From: Blasia pusilla
Taxonomy: Eukaryota
NCBI GenBank assembly: GCA_050084515.1
Contig: CM114271.1
Location: forward strand, 31,434,001-31,498,000
Length of the DNA stretch: 64,000 nt
Reading direction: 5' to 3'
A program made the translations under genes and the position numbers. Under the pieces are notes generated by a model, which had not been told where the DNA came from, searched no databases, and saw only the letters and a list, made by a program, of their open reading frames with translations. Below are positions 1 to 13,677 of this stretch, in pieces (the first letter of the stretch is position 1; each line of letters begins with the position of its first letter).

Positions 1-255
1 AAGCTGAGGCCGTGTTTGTTTTGACAGAGTTAGAATGCTTTCTATTTTCAAGGTTGGCATGCGATGGGCTTTTATATTCATTGGGTGTCATTGTGCATGG
101 TCTAGTCCATATTCATTTCCTCAACCCTGTGAATGGAATCATTATCGTGGTATGTCGTGGTATGTCGTGGAGAGATTTCGGTTCATAGTTAATTTGAAGT
201 GCAAAGCCTTAGGAGTATCCTATTAGACAATGTCGGAATGCTTTCCATGTAAATT

Positions 256-449
256 TACAAGTCATGGGTTCAATACATTTGTGAATATCAGATTAAGACA
301 AACGTTTTTATGAACATGTTGATCCCTCCCCACCGATGCGTATACAAGTCATGGGTTCAATACATTTGTGAACATCAGATCAAGACGAACATTTTTATGA
401 ACATGTTGATCCCTCCCCACCGATGCGTATACAAGTCATGGGTTCAATA
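256..449. repeat. 87-bp tandem repeat, about 2.2 copies
   Basis: The unit start tacaagtcatgggttcaata recurs at 256, 343 and 430, and the two full units are nearly identical. Confidence 0.9.
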
Positions 450-1628
450 AATTTATCATGTTACTTTCGTTGTAAGCTGAGTTTTTTCATCACGGGAAGT
501 TCAAGAGCCACTGTATAGGATCTCACCTTATGTTATCTGTTGAGTTGTTTGGGTTGGGTGTGGATGCCAAAAGTGACCATGTTGCGGGAGGTGTGCTTTT
601 TGATCTATCGGAATTTGGGGCTATCATAATGCTTTCGATTTCATGAGAGAGGATTGTCTGAATGGTAGATTCTTATGCGTATTAAGCTATAATGTGTGAT
701 GTTTGAATAAAATGATCTATATATATGTAACGTACAATTGAGTGAATATTGTAAATGTTATATATCATTTTTTATGAGAAGGCAAAGCCACTTTGGAAAG
801 AATGTGTTGACAAACACATTCGTCCGGTATGATCAAGCAGGTTGAGATATATTATCTCAAATACTAGATTTTACTTGATATGTTCTCATAAGAAAGAGAA
901 GCACTCACAAAAAATACAATGTCCGTGAATGAGGAGATAGCCCTCATATGACGACCATATGAGAAGGTTATTTTGAGTGAACAATCACTTAGATAGATGG
1001 AATGTATTCCTTGTGATGATGTAGATACTATTGAGGCAAATGTAATTTATTAGAAGTGGACTAGTTTATAATCAAACCATTTTCTATACACCACCAGTGT
1101 TGTTGATGAAGTCAAAATTGATCATCCTATTATTTGTTCTCTTGATAATTGCTTCAAATACATTCTAGACCTTGAAACTTGCTTTAACTGAGTAGTGGTG
1201 ATATTTTAACTTGTGTTGTTTATGTTGTGAATGAAGGGTACGTACTGAAGGCGTATGGCTCCAAGTGAATCAGTTGAAAAAAGTTTGGCTACAAAGTCCC
1301 CCTAGTCAGAATTAGAAGAGCTAGTATAGAGGAAGAGATAGAGCTAGAAAAAATTGAGGAAGTGGAATAAGAGTTAAAACAATTTGCAGAGGAAGTTGCC
1401 AAGTTCTACATCGAATGTGCAATTGATGAGGAAGAGGAGAAAGAGAGGCTAAAGCTCTAGCATGGTTTATGGAAAATCAGTGGGAAGAACAACTTTCCAG
1501 ATACAAGAAGAAAATTGACGAGGAGGAGGAAAGGTGGCGGAATATTAAGGTTTGGTCGCCAAAATGAGGCATATTACAAGCAATTGTAGATTTTTTTCAG
1601 TGTAGTCTAGCAGAATGATGTAGTACGT

Positions 1629-2902
1629 TGTCGTATAGTAAAATCAACCAGTGTGTAAACTCCTTCGTCATTAAGTGTTAGATAGAGTTTCATTAGTATT
1701 AAGTAAATTGGCTTAGAAAAAGGAGATTCTTATGTTTAAACCTCTTTATGGTGCCTCTTTTATGCGGGCCCAACTTTAGGAAAAGGAGGTAATAAATAAA
1801 AGATGACTTTATAAAAGTAAAGTAGTTGCTTTAATGAAAAGCAAAAGTAGTCTTGGTTGGTGGCTAGGTTAGTTGGGGTAATTTGGAAAATATCATGTGG
1901 ATAAAAGAGGATATTTTGGAAGAGATAAGAGGAAATCTACTTGTGTCAAAATGTGATTGGCTAAGCCTTGAGAGGAAGCCATGTGACACAAGATAAGATA
2001 AGATCTATTTCTTACTCTTGTGGATCCCTTGTGAGTATATAAAGAGGAGGGATCTTCAAGGGTTCATCACCTTCTATTCCACATCTTGAGTCTCTCGTGT
2101 CTCTCTTGAGTGTATGGCTTTGGGATTGCTTGCTCTTCCAATGAGAGTGGATCACCCCTCTTGGGAGAGTAACTTGATCATGGTCTATTCTTCGAGAGGT
2201 TTCTAGAGTGTGGTGTGTGTGTGTGTGGGGGGGATGAGAGGTTTGTCACCGTAGAGGAGTTTAGTCATACTAAAATAGCGGATGTTTTGGCTTGTTACTT
2301 TCCCAATGAGAGTGGATTACCCCTCTTGGGAGAATAACTCGCCAAAACCCATTCTTGAGGAGAGTAGAGAATGTCAAGCATGGATAGGGGTGGAGCACAG
2401 TGTGCCCGACTTTCCTTTCCTCAATCCTTACTATGTCAAGGTACTCTTTGTAGATAGGCACCTTTGGTTCACTCACTATTTAGTTTATCACTTTGGGGGG
2501 CGTTCATGAACCAGGGTCATGCAATCTCCAACTCCGGTGATTCTTCCTATCGTCACATATGGAAGGACATGGGATTGTACTTTGTATGTCTTTATATAGC
2601 GATCCATGGATGTCAATAGGCCTGGTCAAGTAGGGTTTAACACTAGTTGTGCTATCTTCCTCGTGTACAAACGTAAAATAGTTTATAGGGATTTTATAGT
2701 TAGGAATTTCGGGGTCCGATGTTACGAAGAAGTGATCGCCTCGGCACTTCCATTTGTGATACCTGTCGTGAGAGAATGGAGAGTGTACATCATAATTTTG
2801 TATTGAAAAAGGAGAACTTATTAGAGAGTTCACCTTGCATCGACCGCATCTACCGCAGCTAGAAGGCCGGCCCTTGCTCGAAGAAAGATTCTCGACACGA
2901 CA
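1629..2902 (+). mobile_element. Putative solo LTR (~1.27 kb)
   Basis: Starts TGTCGT and ends ACGACA (6-bp terminal inverted repeat, TG...CA). Flanked by ACGT on both sides (1625-1628, 2903-2906). TATA-like tatataaa near 2036, an internal ~37-bp duplication (2138/2303) and no long ORF. Confidence 0.65.
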
Positions 2903-3199
2903 ACGTAGTAAAAATTACTATTGCTTGAGAGAGGGCTAACTCTCAAGTTGAAGAGTGAATGTCCTGGTGATTCATATTATGTCATACTTCCTAAATTGAC
3001 ATTGGATAAAGTTTTGACCATTTGGTAGGCTTTCCTTATGTGATATACCAAGCATGAAATGAAGCAATTGTATAAAGAATGGTTATATCTGGCAAACATG
3101 TCAAAGAACACAAGAACATTCCACCTTTGCCACAAACTCACAGACGCATATTATTTTGGTAGGAGAAAGAAAGCATTCTAACATTCCCATTGAGGAAAT

Positions 3200-4590
3200 G
3201 CTTTATATGCTTCGTATATAGTTAGTGGCCGTCCCATATGTGATATGGGCAAGATGGTTTGATGGATGTAACACTTGGAAGATGGGATTTCCAATTGCAA
3301 GTATAAAAGAGAAAGTATTTTGATATTGTATGTAACAAAACGTGCTAGTGATCAATCCTTTTATATATAAAATATTTAGCTTTTTAAGGCATGTAAGTAT
3401 TTTCTCATACAATAAGGACTATGTATTGGCCAGATCCTCAAATTTACCCAAACTATTTAAGAGATTAGCTATCTAAATCCAACGTGTTACGATGTTTTTT
3501 GGATCCATTATGATATGCAATATAAAGTACTCCAACAACTTGGAATATATGGAAGGGAAGGCATTATGCAATCATCTTCAACATGTTGAGTGCTTTAAGC
3601 TAAAAGTATAGTGTGTATAGTGCATGTGTAGGTGTATTTCAATACAGACTTAGCAGACCATGAATAGGATATGATAAAGGAAATATCATGAAGACACACG
3701 ATTCTGTGATTGATTTCTGATCATAAAGTTATTACAATATCTGTGTGACAGATAGATACATAAGATCATCTCCCAAGTATGCCAAGCCTACAACCAAAAT
3801 AAAGCTCAAATAAAGGTCGTCTGAGATAATCTGGATTCAAGATTGATGAAGAACTGGATGCCTAAACTTATTGGGGCAAAGATCAAAGGAAATCCGAGCT
3901 CGTAGAAATTCCCAAGCACTACGATTCTGATCTAAAAATTGCAAAACCTCGTTGTTTGCCATCATCAATTGTACGATACTCTCATGTGTCAAAAGAGCTT
4001 TCACTTGTAACACAAACTTCTCAATGATTGCCGACAAACCATCAATTGTTTTTTTCTAAACAGTAACTTTCTAGCTTGCCTAGCAAAATTCGTTGATTCC
4101 GAAATGCCTTCATAATAGACTCCATTGTATTGTAAACATCTGAGATTACTTTCAACCTGGTTGACAACTCTTGCAACTCTAAAAATGTTCCCTTATGAGA
4201 TTTAGGTGCCTTATTTCCTACAGGGTGCATGAAAATCTTCACAAATGCATCATCAAAGTTCCTATTCATATCTGATAAAGACAGATTGGTACTAGAAAAT
4301 GGAGAGTAAGAATTGGTGTGGTTGGATTTCCTCTGGCGTTTCCCAATGTCTTGAAGTGATGTATTGCCTCTATCGCCTTCATCCAATGCTTGTCCAGGTT
4401 TGGAATCTTGGCCAAGCTCGATCAAAACTTCTCTGGTCCTCTTTCTTGCATCAATACTTTCCATGGTCGCTGATGAAAATGGTTTTATTGAGACTGGAAT
4501 CAAAATTTTGGCACAGCAACTTGAAAATGGAGGATATGAGCGCGAGTCGAAGACTTCCTCACTAAGTTTCTCCCTGAAGAAGCAGTTCAC
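3200..4590 (-). pseudogene. Decayed coding region of unknown function downstream of the Mutator-like transposase
   Basis: Consecutive minus-strand frames (4042-4590, 3837-4037, and stop-interrupted frames to ~3200) on the same strand as the transposase. No domain recognised. Confidence 0.3.
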
Positions 4591-5043
4591 TCAATTTCTC
4601 CTTGCGATATCACTGGTATTACAGAACCCCGTGGCCCAAAAATTTTCTATTTCCTATCCAGAAATGCGCGTCTAAGAGTAGCCATACCAGCTCGTGCAGA
4701 TTGCCCCCCTGAAATCAAAACGCCACTCCTGATCGTGTTAGACCTTACAACTTTAAAACTTGAATGGGAATGGCTTGGTCCTAGTCCTACACGCACATAA
4801 AAAATGCCTCGTCCTGCAAGTTTGGAAGCATAGGGTCGGCGGTTGTGATAGACTAGGTTCCGCGATCCAACGCGGTGAAGAACTGTAAAGTAAGAATGCT
4901 TTCCTAACGACAAACCTGAAAGGCATTCTGTTAATTATTCACTACTCGTGGTGGGAAAAAAATTCAATGATATTCATTGTAAGGAAATGCATCATTTACA
5001 GGGCATAGGCATACCTTCCCACAACTGAAAAATACCATTGACA

Positions 5044-8000
5044 TTATGTGCCACCAACTACTCGGCTCGTATTGTTTAAGGTCGCTGACATTGCCTGTTT
5101 GTCCAACTCAGCTTGTGGTCCCAACTTCTTCTTCTTTGTTTTGGGCTTTGGAAAGCATGGTAACTTACTTGAAGTTTCGTCCTGTGCCTGAGCCATCACT
5201 CTGGTATGTCCTACTCCATATTGTGTACCTCGTCTGTTTGCTTGTTTAGACCATCGTTCGATGTTGGACTTTACTCGTCTAAGCGAATTATTATTTTGGA
5301 ACCCGTCCTTGTAAATCTGGAAGGAATTTCCAGGCTGATTAGTCAAGCCGTTCACAAACATAACTTTTGCGCTCTCAATCCGCCTGTTTATTTCTCTCAA
5401 CATTTTGGACGCCATCGTAAGAAATAACTCATTTCCTTGACACTGATTCCGCAACTCAAAGTAAAGCTTGTCCATAGCAACCTTCATATCCTTGTTACTT
5501 GGTTTGGGGATGTTCAGTGCTTCAACTATTGGTGTATCCTGAGTGAAAGTGCCCGTGTCCATATCTTCATATGGAATGCCTCCAAAATCACACCAAATAG
5601 TGCAAAAATACATGAGAATGTGATGAATTGCCAAAACACACGTCTATATGTATACAAGCAACCTCACAAGTATCCCCCTGAATCATGAGTAAATTTAGAT
5701 GGTGTCCATATCATTCACCTTGTGTATCATTGAGGTCCAGGATGTGATTGGACAACGGAAGGTCAAGAGTGACTGAATCCGTCCTGCTCATCTTTAATTG
5801 AGCAATTCCGCCATGCTTTGTGCCTACTCTCGTCCCAAGTATTTTCACAAGGTCCTCTTCGCTGTAATCATCTCGTAGTAGAGCAGAAATCTACAAAGAA
5901 ATGGAAGGAATCAATTGAAAAGATTCAATCAATAAAATGACGTGCAGAAAAAGGTGCACGATTGCTTAATTTTATGCTATCCAAGACAAACCAACCTTTT
6001 TCTTACCATATGTTTGCATATGTTTCCTTTTAGTGACCAAGGACACTCACAATAGCTCCATTCAGTGTCATAGTTGTAGACTTCATACCACTTATTGGGT
6101 ATGGTTTGGCTCCTCACCCGTGCCATCCTAACTTGCCCCCTAGATTCTGTAAGTTGCACATCATCTGCTGGGATTTCTCTTCCCTTCAGAACTGCATTGT
6201 TCATATATTGCTCCTCTATTGCATTTCGAACAAACCCATTTTTTTTTCAGCAAGTGTATATGGAAGTACCATGCCTCTACAAAACTACTGAGCTTCCAAA
6301 CCAAGTAGTCTCCTCTTCTTTGAGACATACTTATGTTGTCATCTGCTAGAACTGCCTTCATGCTTCCATGATATGCTTCAATTGCAGCATTTGTGTCCTG
6401 GTTTGCATGAAGGTAGTCCCTCGCTGCTTTAACCCACTTGTCTGCACACAAAAACAAATCACATTCTTATCTTGTACATGCTGGCCCTTGCAATGAGTGG
6501 CACAAAGTTAATGAAAGTGTGATAAAAAAGGGAACAATCATGGAAGGGGAAAAAAGGTAAAGTGTTTGTAGCCACCTAGTTTTGGCTCCCAATAAGTCTG
6601 TATATAGTTGATGAATTCCACTTCATCCCTGAAGTCTACATAGAATTGATGCAACATCATTCTCACATTGTCCAAGATCACACCTCTAGTGTACGTGCCA
6701 CATCGATTTACATACATAATCTCCCCTAGGCGTCGTGACATTTGAGCTTTCATTATCGCACATTTGACCTTCCGCTTTAGCTGCTTTAGCCAATCATGGC
6801 GTACATACCAAAGACAAAGTATGATATTTGACTTTGCAAAAGTTATCCTGCAAGTGAATATAACCATGTGCTTAACTTTCATTGAGATAACACTCTCGGA
6901 ATGCCTTTCCTAATGTAATCAATATCTGCATGACAGGAAATTTGACTCAGGCTTTTTCATTTAAGAAAAAAGTGTGATGTACCCTTTCAGCAAGATACCG
7001 CAACTTTAGGATCCCAATAATACCTTAATGCATTTTGCTCGGTGTTGGCATCATCCACTATGATTGCATTCGGCTCCTAAGATTTTTGTTGTAGTCTACA
7101 CTTTTTCGCCACTTCCCGCAACCATTTCACCAAATGCACCTCCTTTGAGCTACTAGTCAAAATCCAAGCTACAGGTATTCCAGTATGGTGCTTGTCGAAC
7201 ACCAAAATAGTGTACAAAGGAAACTGCACAAGAGTATACAACAGATGAGGTTTCTTACAAGTAGCAATGGCATCTCAAATACATCTTCCATTTCAATGAT
7301 GAAAGCACATTTTCATCATTGTGTACTTCAAAGACTACTTAACTTAGTACCTTGATTCGATTGGTACCAAACGTACTATCCATGCTCAAAACACTGTTGT
7401 GTCCATATTTCACCATCGCTTGCAACTGCCAAGTGCTTTGGAATCCCAGTATGAAAGGTCTGGCATCATCTAAATAAGGCTCATAAATAAAGACCTTCTA
7501 TGGATAGAGATTTACAAATGCACTTAATGATTGATTCTCATCTATGCAAGACTGGAACGTCTCCATATTCAACTCCTTTTTTGCATTTGCAATATCATGC
7601 ATTTGCATGAAATCATCCCTTATCATGCTTTTTTGAAAGTCAAGAGATGTTTCAGATCGATATTTTAGCATGAGGCCATGCTGCGACATAATCTGGTGGG
7701 GCTTTACCCCAAGACGAAGTCTCTCTTTTATGTAGCATCTCAACTCATTTGAGATCCTAGGAGCATACATTGTTGGAGTTCCCAAACTTGTTGGATCATT
7801 AGATCCATGGCATGGTTTTCCATCCTTGTCTATGTGCAATCTGTGTTTGTAAACTATTTTGGCCGCATGCATTGGAGACTTCAGTTCGGATACTGAAAAA
7901 TGACATTGGCATCCTCGCTTCCAACTCTCTCCTCGGATTATTTTTTGTGCACGAGGACGACTTCCTGGGCCTATCTTGGGAAGGTTTGACCTATTCAATA

Positions 8001-8565
8001 AACGCAGGAATACATTCTATCAAGAATAAATTGACCACTCAACTACATGGGACTACAATCATATGCTCTAAATTGAACGCGTGACACTTATTCAACCAAA
8101 ATATGAATAACGATTAAAATAAGGACTATGTAATTATATGTAAAAAATAATGAAACTTCTGCCTACTCGCCTGTTCACAATTGGTTGATGCAAGCGTCGA
8201 TTGTCTTGAGGCTCGTAAGCACAAAAATAAATAGTGTAAGATGCTTCCTCTCCTTCTTCTTCTCGTAACCTTTCTCCTATGCATTTCGATGTACCTTTCC
8301 AAAAGGTAGTGGGATTTATATTGTCTCCGATACCCTCACCTATAATGAAATCCTCGAGCCTATACCAAGGGATATATGCTGCATTATAGACATTCCACTA
8401 GAGGTCTTTTGCTGATATGTTCCCCGTCGGCATGCTTGTTTGAACCTCTGTCCTCTTCATGGCCAAAATCCTTTTTGTCAAAGCACTTTGTTGAATCCTT
8501 GTGTCCATGGCTTCATGTGATGGGGGAAGAGTCGATGTCAAGTCGATAGGATTATTGAGGTCCAT
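5044..8565 (-). pseudogene. Intron-containing Mutator-like (MULE) DDE transposase with SWIM zinc finger, At1g60560/At4g13970-like
   Basis: Exons translate to YIPWYRLEDFIIGE, RGCQCHFSV...HIDKDGKPCHG, LSMDSTFGTN (D1), FPLYTILVFD...GIPVAW...AIIVDDAN (D2), LCLWYVR, QDTNAAIEAYH (E) and CECPWSLKGNICKH (SWIM). An in-frame stop near 7078 and a frameshift at the poly-T near 6240 indicate a pseudogene. Confidence 0.8.
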
Positions 8566-8837
8566 ACTTCCCTGCTTACATTCATCATCTCTAGAGTTAC
8601 AATTAGTAAGAAGTACAGTAGAAAGATGGTGAAGAATTTTTTGAGAAGTAAAATTCGAGTCCCTACACATAGACTTAAGAAACTGAAAGTGATACAGTAT
8701 AGCCAGAATGCCATCTTCGGAGGACCATGCTATCATTAGGGAAAACATGATGGAAACTCTTGTGAACTTTCACACAAAAGGAGTGTAAACGTTCTATCAC
8801 CAACATAATGACTATTTCCAACTTATAAGTTCTTTAT

Positions 8838-9600
8838 TAGCAAGCCAGGTAGCACTCAACAAGATCAACCATTAAATGAATCCAAAAAATTATTCGGCTT
8901 ACAAAAGAAGTAGAGAAGAAAGCATGTCCAACAGGTTTTGGGGAAATAGAGAAATCTGAATCAAGACACATCTCCCAATTCACCATGATACCATATATAA
9001 CAAACCATACAACACAAAAGCACTCAAAACAATGGATGTGCCTGTAAAATAGGATACACGAAAATGCTTGTGAAGACAGTCCGCACACTCTCATAAACTA
9101 AAGTCACTCACAAAGATATTTTCTTCACAAAGAAAGGGTCGAAAGTTATGTGTCTAACAATCTGAGTTCTGTGTGAAAAAATCTGAGTGTTTCCAATCTC
9201 AGAACTTGTTCATCCTAAAAAGGACCATCTAGTCTAAAGCGTTAACTATGTATTCACCAAAACATGACAAGTACATCATCATGGTGAGTCAAATGCATCC
9301 ACTTGTAAACTTGCCTTGGAGATCAATCAGCAAGCAAGCTAGACCACAACAAGATCAACCATTCAATGAATCTAAATAATTAATTGTCTTACAAATGAAG
9401 AAGAGAAGAATGCATGTCCAAAAGGAGTAAGAGAAATAGAAAAAATCAAACCAAGACACCTTCCAATTCACCCTGTTTGATGAGTAACCAACCATACAAC
9501 ATGTAAACACAAAAAGATAGATGCACGCCCAATGAATGGGAATGGCAAAATGCCTTCTATAGACAATGCACGTGCTCTCATAAGTAATGCTTCTAATAAT
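8838..9600. repeat. Diverged direct duplication (~250-bp units starting near 8838 and 9329)
   Basis: The motif agcaagc..caacaagatcaaccatt.aatgaatc...gagaagaa.gcatgtccaa and the following sequence occur twice, about 490 bp apart. Confidence 0.75.
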
Positions 9601-10235
9601 CAATAGGATTCCAATCTCAGATTTTTTTCATCTAGAAAAAAAAACCAGATTTGTAACAAGTAAGGAGGTAAATGACCATCATTCTTGATACTATGATGTT
9701 CATAAGGTAACACTCTTGTTTACTCTCCTACTGTCACAAAGAAAGGGTGAAAATACAAAAGGTAAAGAAACACAGTACAAAAATCTGCAATAGTAGACAA
9801 ATACATTTGAATCCATAATCAACTCGCACCTGAAATGAAAAAATGAACAAACCACATCATGAGCACTTATCCTTTGTGGAAGTGATCTTCCCTATATGCC
9901 ATAAGAGAACAACTACAAAAAAGCAATGCTCTCAATACTAAAATTTGAAAGGTTACCTATTTCAAAGGCCGCTTCCGCCCAAGTTTTGATTTGCCATACA
10001 CATTCTTCGTTTTTGCCTCTCGAGTTGGTGGTATAATCAACATATCTTGAATAATCTCACCCTTGGACTTCCCTAGTTCTCTACATTCCTCCACTGTGGG
10101 GGATAATCCCGTATGGCGTAGAACTCTCTTGGGCCTCAAGTGGCTACCATCTACAAGAAGATTTGTGTCTGTTTCTGCCATGATCTGAGTAACATTAAGT
10201 TAGGAGGCATTTGGCAAATCTATTTGTACTTCCCC

Positions 10236-11867
10236 TTAATCAACAGCATCAGCAATTTGGCTCTTGGGTAGAGTAGCCCACTCATCATTTACCTCATTGA
10301 GATCTTTGAGAATTTGGCTCTCTAAAATCTGATCCATATCTTCATCTGAATGAAAGCCCCCCCAATGTTCATGTGACTCATCTTCAATCTGCACTACCAC
10401 ACTCTTCTTTCCTTTCCTCTTTTTGGATACATATGAAGATGAAACCTTCAACAAATTCTTCCTTAAAGCACAAAGATCATGGGAAGAAGGTCCCACAAGA
10501 GGTGAACATTCAGTAGGAGAAGCACCTTCATCATGAGTGTGACCCTCTTTGGATATCTCATGACCATCCAAAGCACCACCAACCGGGGTAACAAATGTAT
10601 CTTCTGCAGGGCTATGCATTATACTATGGTTTATGCTATCCACACGGCTCAGCAATGTCTCCACAATATCCACAGGGTCAACTACACTATCTCCCAACTC
10701 ATCAACAATCTCCGCATGCTCATCCTCCCCATGAAGGCTTGACCCCTGTTCCAATAGCCTCTCGGAGATGAAATCACATGGAAGACTCTCACTCCGTGAT
10801 GACCCGATCAGATCACCACCAACCACCACTGCAGGATTACCTTCCTCTGTTCGTGCAACACATGAAGCTACTCCAAAACCAACCTCATCCACTCCCACCG
10901 AAACCAACTTCTCTCTTGACGATGCAAGAGACCCACCAACATCTTGGTCACCCACAAGAGAGCTACATTGAAAGGTTTTCCCACATGGAATAGTCTCAAC
11001 AGATGGAGAGCCAATGCCAAGTTCATGACTCTGGTTTGCAAGAATGCCTTCCTCTGTTCCTGCAACACATGAAGCTACTCCAAAACCACCCTCATCCGCT
11101 CCAACTGAAACCAAGCTCTCTCTAGGCGAGGCAAGAGACTCACCAACATCTTCGTGAACAACATGTGGAAGTGCTTCCTTGGAAGAAGAGGCACCTCCCA
11201 TGGATCGAGTACGCATGCCTTTCTTCCTAGGCTCTTGCACAGATGCTGAAGCAAAATTCTCATCCCCACTCTTTGTTGTAATCTGCTCGGCAGCAGACCT
11301 AGAAGCCATCTTCGATCTTCTCCTTGGGCGCAAAACTTCAAAATCACTAATATCATCATTTTCATCTCCTTGTAAAGTGGGAGATGACTTCCTAGAGCTA
11401 CCCCCCATTGCAGATTCTTGAATAGTCTTCCTTGACCATTCCAACTCTACACCCCCCTTCTCTCTTGGGACATATGCAGAAGCTCGTTTTTCACAAACTT
11501 CTTTCATCTTCTCCACATTCCTCTTCTCCAACCATTCATTGAACTGCTGCCTAGCCATGAAATCTGCATACTTGGCTTGATCCCTCTCAAGCCAACCCAT
11601 CAAGTTTTGTTTTTTCCGAGCAATCCAAGCAAGTATTTCCTTCACTTGCTTTGATCTCTCTTCATTGAAATAAGGTGGAAGCAAACCCAATGATACTCCC
11701 TCTTTCTGCTCTATTACTCCCCAAAGTTTCTTCACCAACTCCAAATGTATGAAGTAAGTTTTTCCCCTTCCAAGGAGTTTTTCCCCTTCACAAATCATCA
11801 CCTCACAATGACCCAAGGGGATTACACCATATTTATCCCATTTCTTATGAGCAAGGAACATGCTCAT
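10236..11867 (-). CDS. 543-aa ORF of unknown function (charged/acidic, internal ~69-aa duplication), probably a transposon accessory gene
   Basis: Long open frame containing the duplicated peptide SLAS.RE.LVSVG.DE.GFGVASCVA.TEEG. It lies on the same strand as, and upstream of, the MULE transposase, and may continue into 9957-10181. Confidence 0.45.
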   Translation of the reverse strand: MSMFLAHKKWDKYGVIPLGHCEVMICEGEKLLGRGKTYFIHLELVKKLWGVIEQKEGVSLGLLPPYFNEERSKQVKEILAWIARKKQNLMGWLERDQAKYADFMARQQFNEWLEKRNVEKMKEVCEKRASAYVPREKGGVELEWSRKTIQESAMGGSSRKSSPTLQGDENDDISDFEVLRPRRRSKMASRSAAEQITTKSGDENFASASVQEPRKKGMRTRSMGGASSSKEALPHVVHEDVGESLASPRESLVSVGADEGGFGVASCVAGTEEGILANQSHELGIGSPSVETIPCGKTFQCSSLVGDQDVGGSLASSREKLVSVGVDEVGFGVASCVARTEEGNPAVVVGGDLIGSSRSESLPCDFISERLLEQGSSLHGEDEHAEIVDELGDSVVDPVDIVETLLSRVDSINHSIMHSPAEDTFVTPVGGALDGHEISKEGHTHDEGASPTECSPLVGPSSHDLCALRKNLLKVSSSYVSKKRKGKKSVVVQIEDESHEHWGGFHSDEDMDQILESQILKDLNEVNDEWATLPKSQIADAVD

Positions 11868-12173
11868 TCAATATAGGATACAATACAAGCTCCTAAACAT
11901 TACTAAAGGGAGAATTGTCTTATGTAGAATGCCTTCCATAATTTATAGAATGCCTTCTTATTCCACACCTTTATACTGATATTGACTACTAACAATCCCA
12001 TGTTAGAGGAAACAAGAGACATTCCTTGTGGAATGCCCTACATTTTCAGGCGTTTTCAAATATCTCACCGTAGAGCTGGAAGCTATGAAAAAAAACTTTA
12101 CTCTCAGTCCAATCCACCTAAAGGCGACCCATATATCCTTGGATTCATTGATTCAGGTTGCATTCTCTGAGTT

Positions 12174-12246
12174 GAGACTGTACTAATTAAGTAGTGCGTG
12201 TCGTAGCCTTGCGACCATACACCCCGCGCCCTGGTTGGACGGTGCT
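12174..12246 (-). mobile_element. Short (~75 nt) 3'-end copy of the (TC)n-associated LINE
   Basis: Reverse complement is gcaccgtccaaccagggcgcggggtgtatggtcgcaaggctacgacacgcactacttaattagtacagtctc, matching the copies at 30.3-32.3 kb and 43.3 kb. It abuts a (GA)n tract. Confidence 0.85.

Positions 12247-12248
<2 letters not shown>

Positions 12249-12330
<82 letters not shown>
12249..12330. repeat. (GA)n microsatellite, ~41 units
   Basis: Perfect dinucleotide run. Confidence 0.97.
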
Positions 12331-12342
<12 letters not shown>

Positions 12343-13677
12343 ATAATGTCACAGTAGTGCTTCCATAAAAGTTAAAGCCCGCAGCTGAAGAGCACTCGTA
12401 TTAGAGGACTCTCGGACTATCGTGAGGCGTATTAGAGCGTTAACGGGAAATCAAGGTGTTAATGTGCAATCAAGGGTTGATTACTTCCCTGTAGCAGCAA
12501 GTGCGTTCTCAACACAAAAAAGGAAAATGTTTTGATGGAGACGCGATTCACTTCTGCATAAGGTAGCGGCCAAGATAGGGTCAGCCGAGTCTATAGAGTT
12601 TCAGTATTTTTGTGGCTACTATGATGATGATCCGCCCGATTGCATTCTGGTGGATTTGACAAAATACAAACCCCATCACCCTCAATTCATTCCCTGCCCA
12701 ATTCATTCACATTCTTAACATGGAACGCCCACGGTAAAAGTACCCTCGAGGGGCAGTAAATAGAAAAAAGGAAATACTAACTACGGAGAGAGGAGAGGGA
12801 GGCAATTTCGTGGATACCTCGCAACGTCGATGCGAATAAAAAAACCGACAGTTCCGACAAATCCGCTTGGCTCCTTTCCGGCTTCTTTCCTTCAGTTGTT
12901 TCTCCTAGTCGACTTGGGCTTACTCGGGGCTTCCTCACGAACATTCCATTTGCAGACTCCCCATGACGATTAGCATTGGGGACAGCAAGCAACAATCAAC
13001 CCGCTTACAGATCCGCTTGTTGACGGAGAGCCCTTCTGACAGAAATGAAAAGTAACGCCGCAATGCAACCAAAACCTAGAAACTATTCTATCGCCTTGTC
13101 TTCGTCTCCAACTTCGGAAGTGTGAGTAGAGTGCAATGCCGAGCGGAAGCTATTCTGACATGGAAGGCATTCAAACAAGGCCCGGACCTTCATGCCCCTC
13201 TCGTCTTGGTCCAGGGAAAATGGAGAGGTAGGAGCCCTAACAAGGGGGGGGTCATTCAAAGAGTGTGGGTCATTTCCATTGTTGGATCTCTTGGGTTAAG
13301 AATCTGTACCGTTGATTGTAGACCTCCTACGATTGGTCGAATCTAAATGCGGTGGATCGACTCTTTAAGTTGGGAGAAATATGATTGGCTACTACACGGA
13401 TCGATTCAAGGAGGCCGGCCATCCTAGGGGTTTTATTTCCCTACATTTGGTGGATCAATTCAACTGTTCTCCGTTGTTTTGACACGCGTTCATGCAACCT
13501 CCATACTTGCCTCCAGGTAATGTCATCATGGATGGGATGGATGGGATGGGACGATTTAGATTGGGATGAGATGGTGGGATGAGATGGTGGGATGGGTCCG
13601 ACCTGGGTATCGGATATCCAACCCACAGGGCGGACATTTAGTCGTCGGCCAAAGGGTTTCCTCCGACAGACCACTCG

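Noticed and set aside
1255-1590. Glu-rich reading frame
   Set aside because: Multiple stops, low complexity and no assignable family.
13525-13650. GGATG-rich repeats and a possible Mutator terminus
   Set aside because: No matching inverted terminus or TSD was found in the window.
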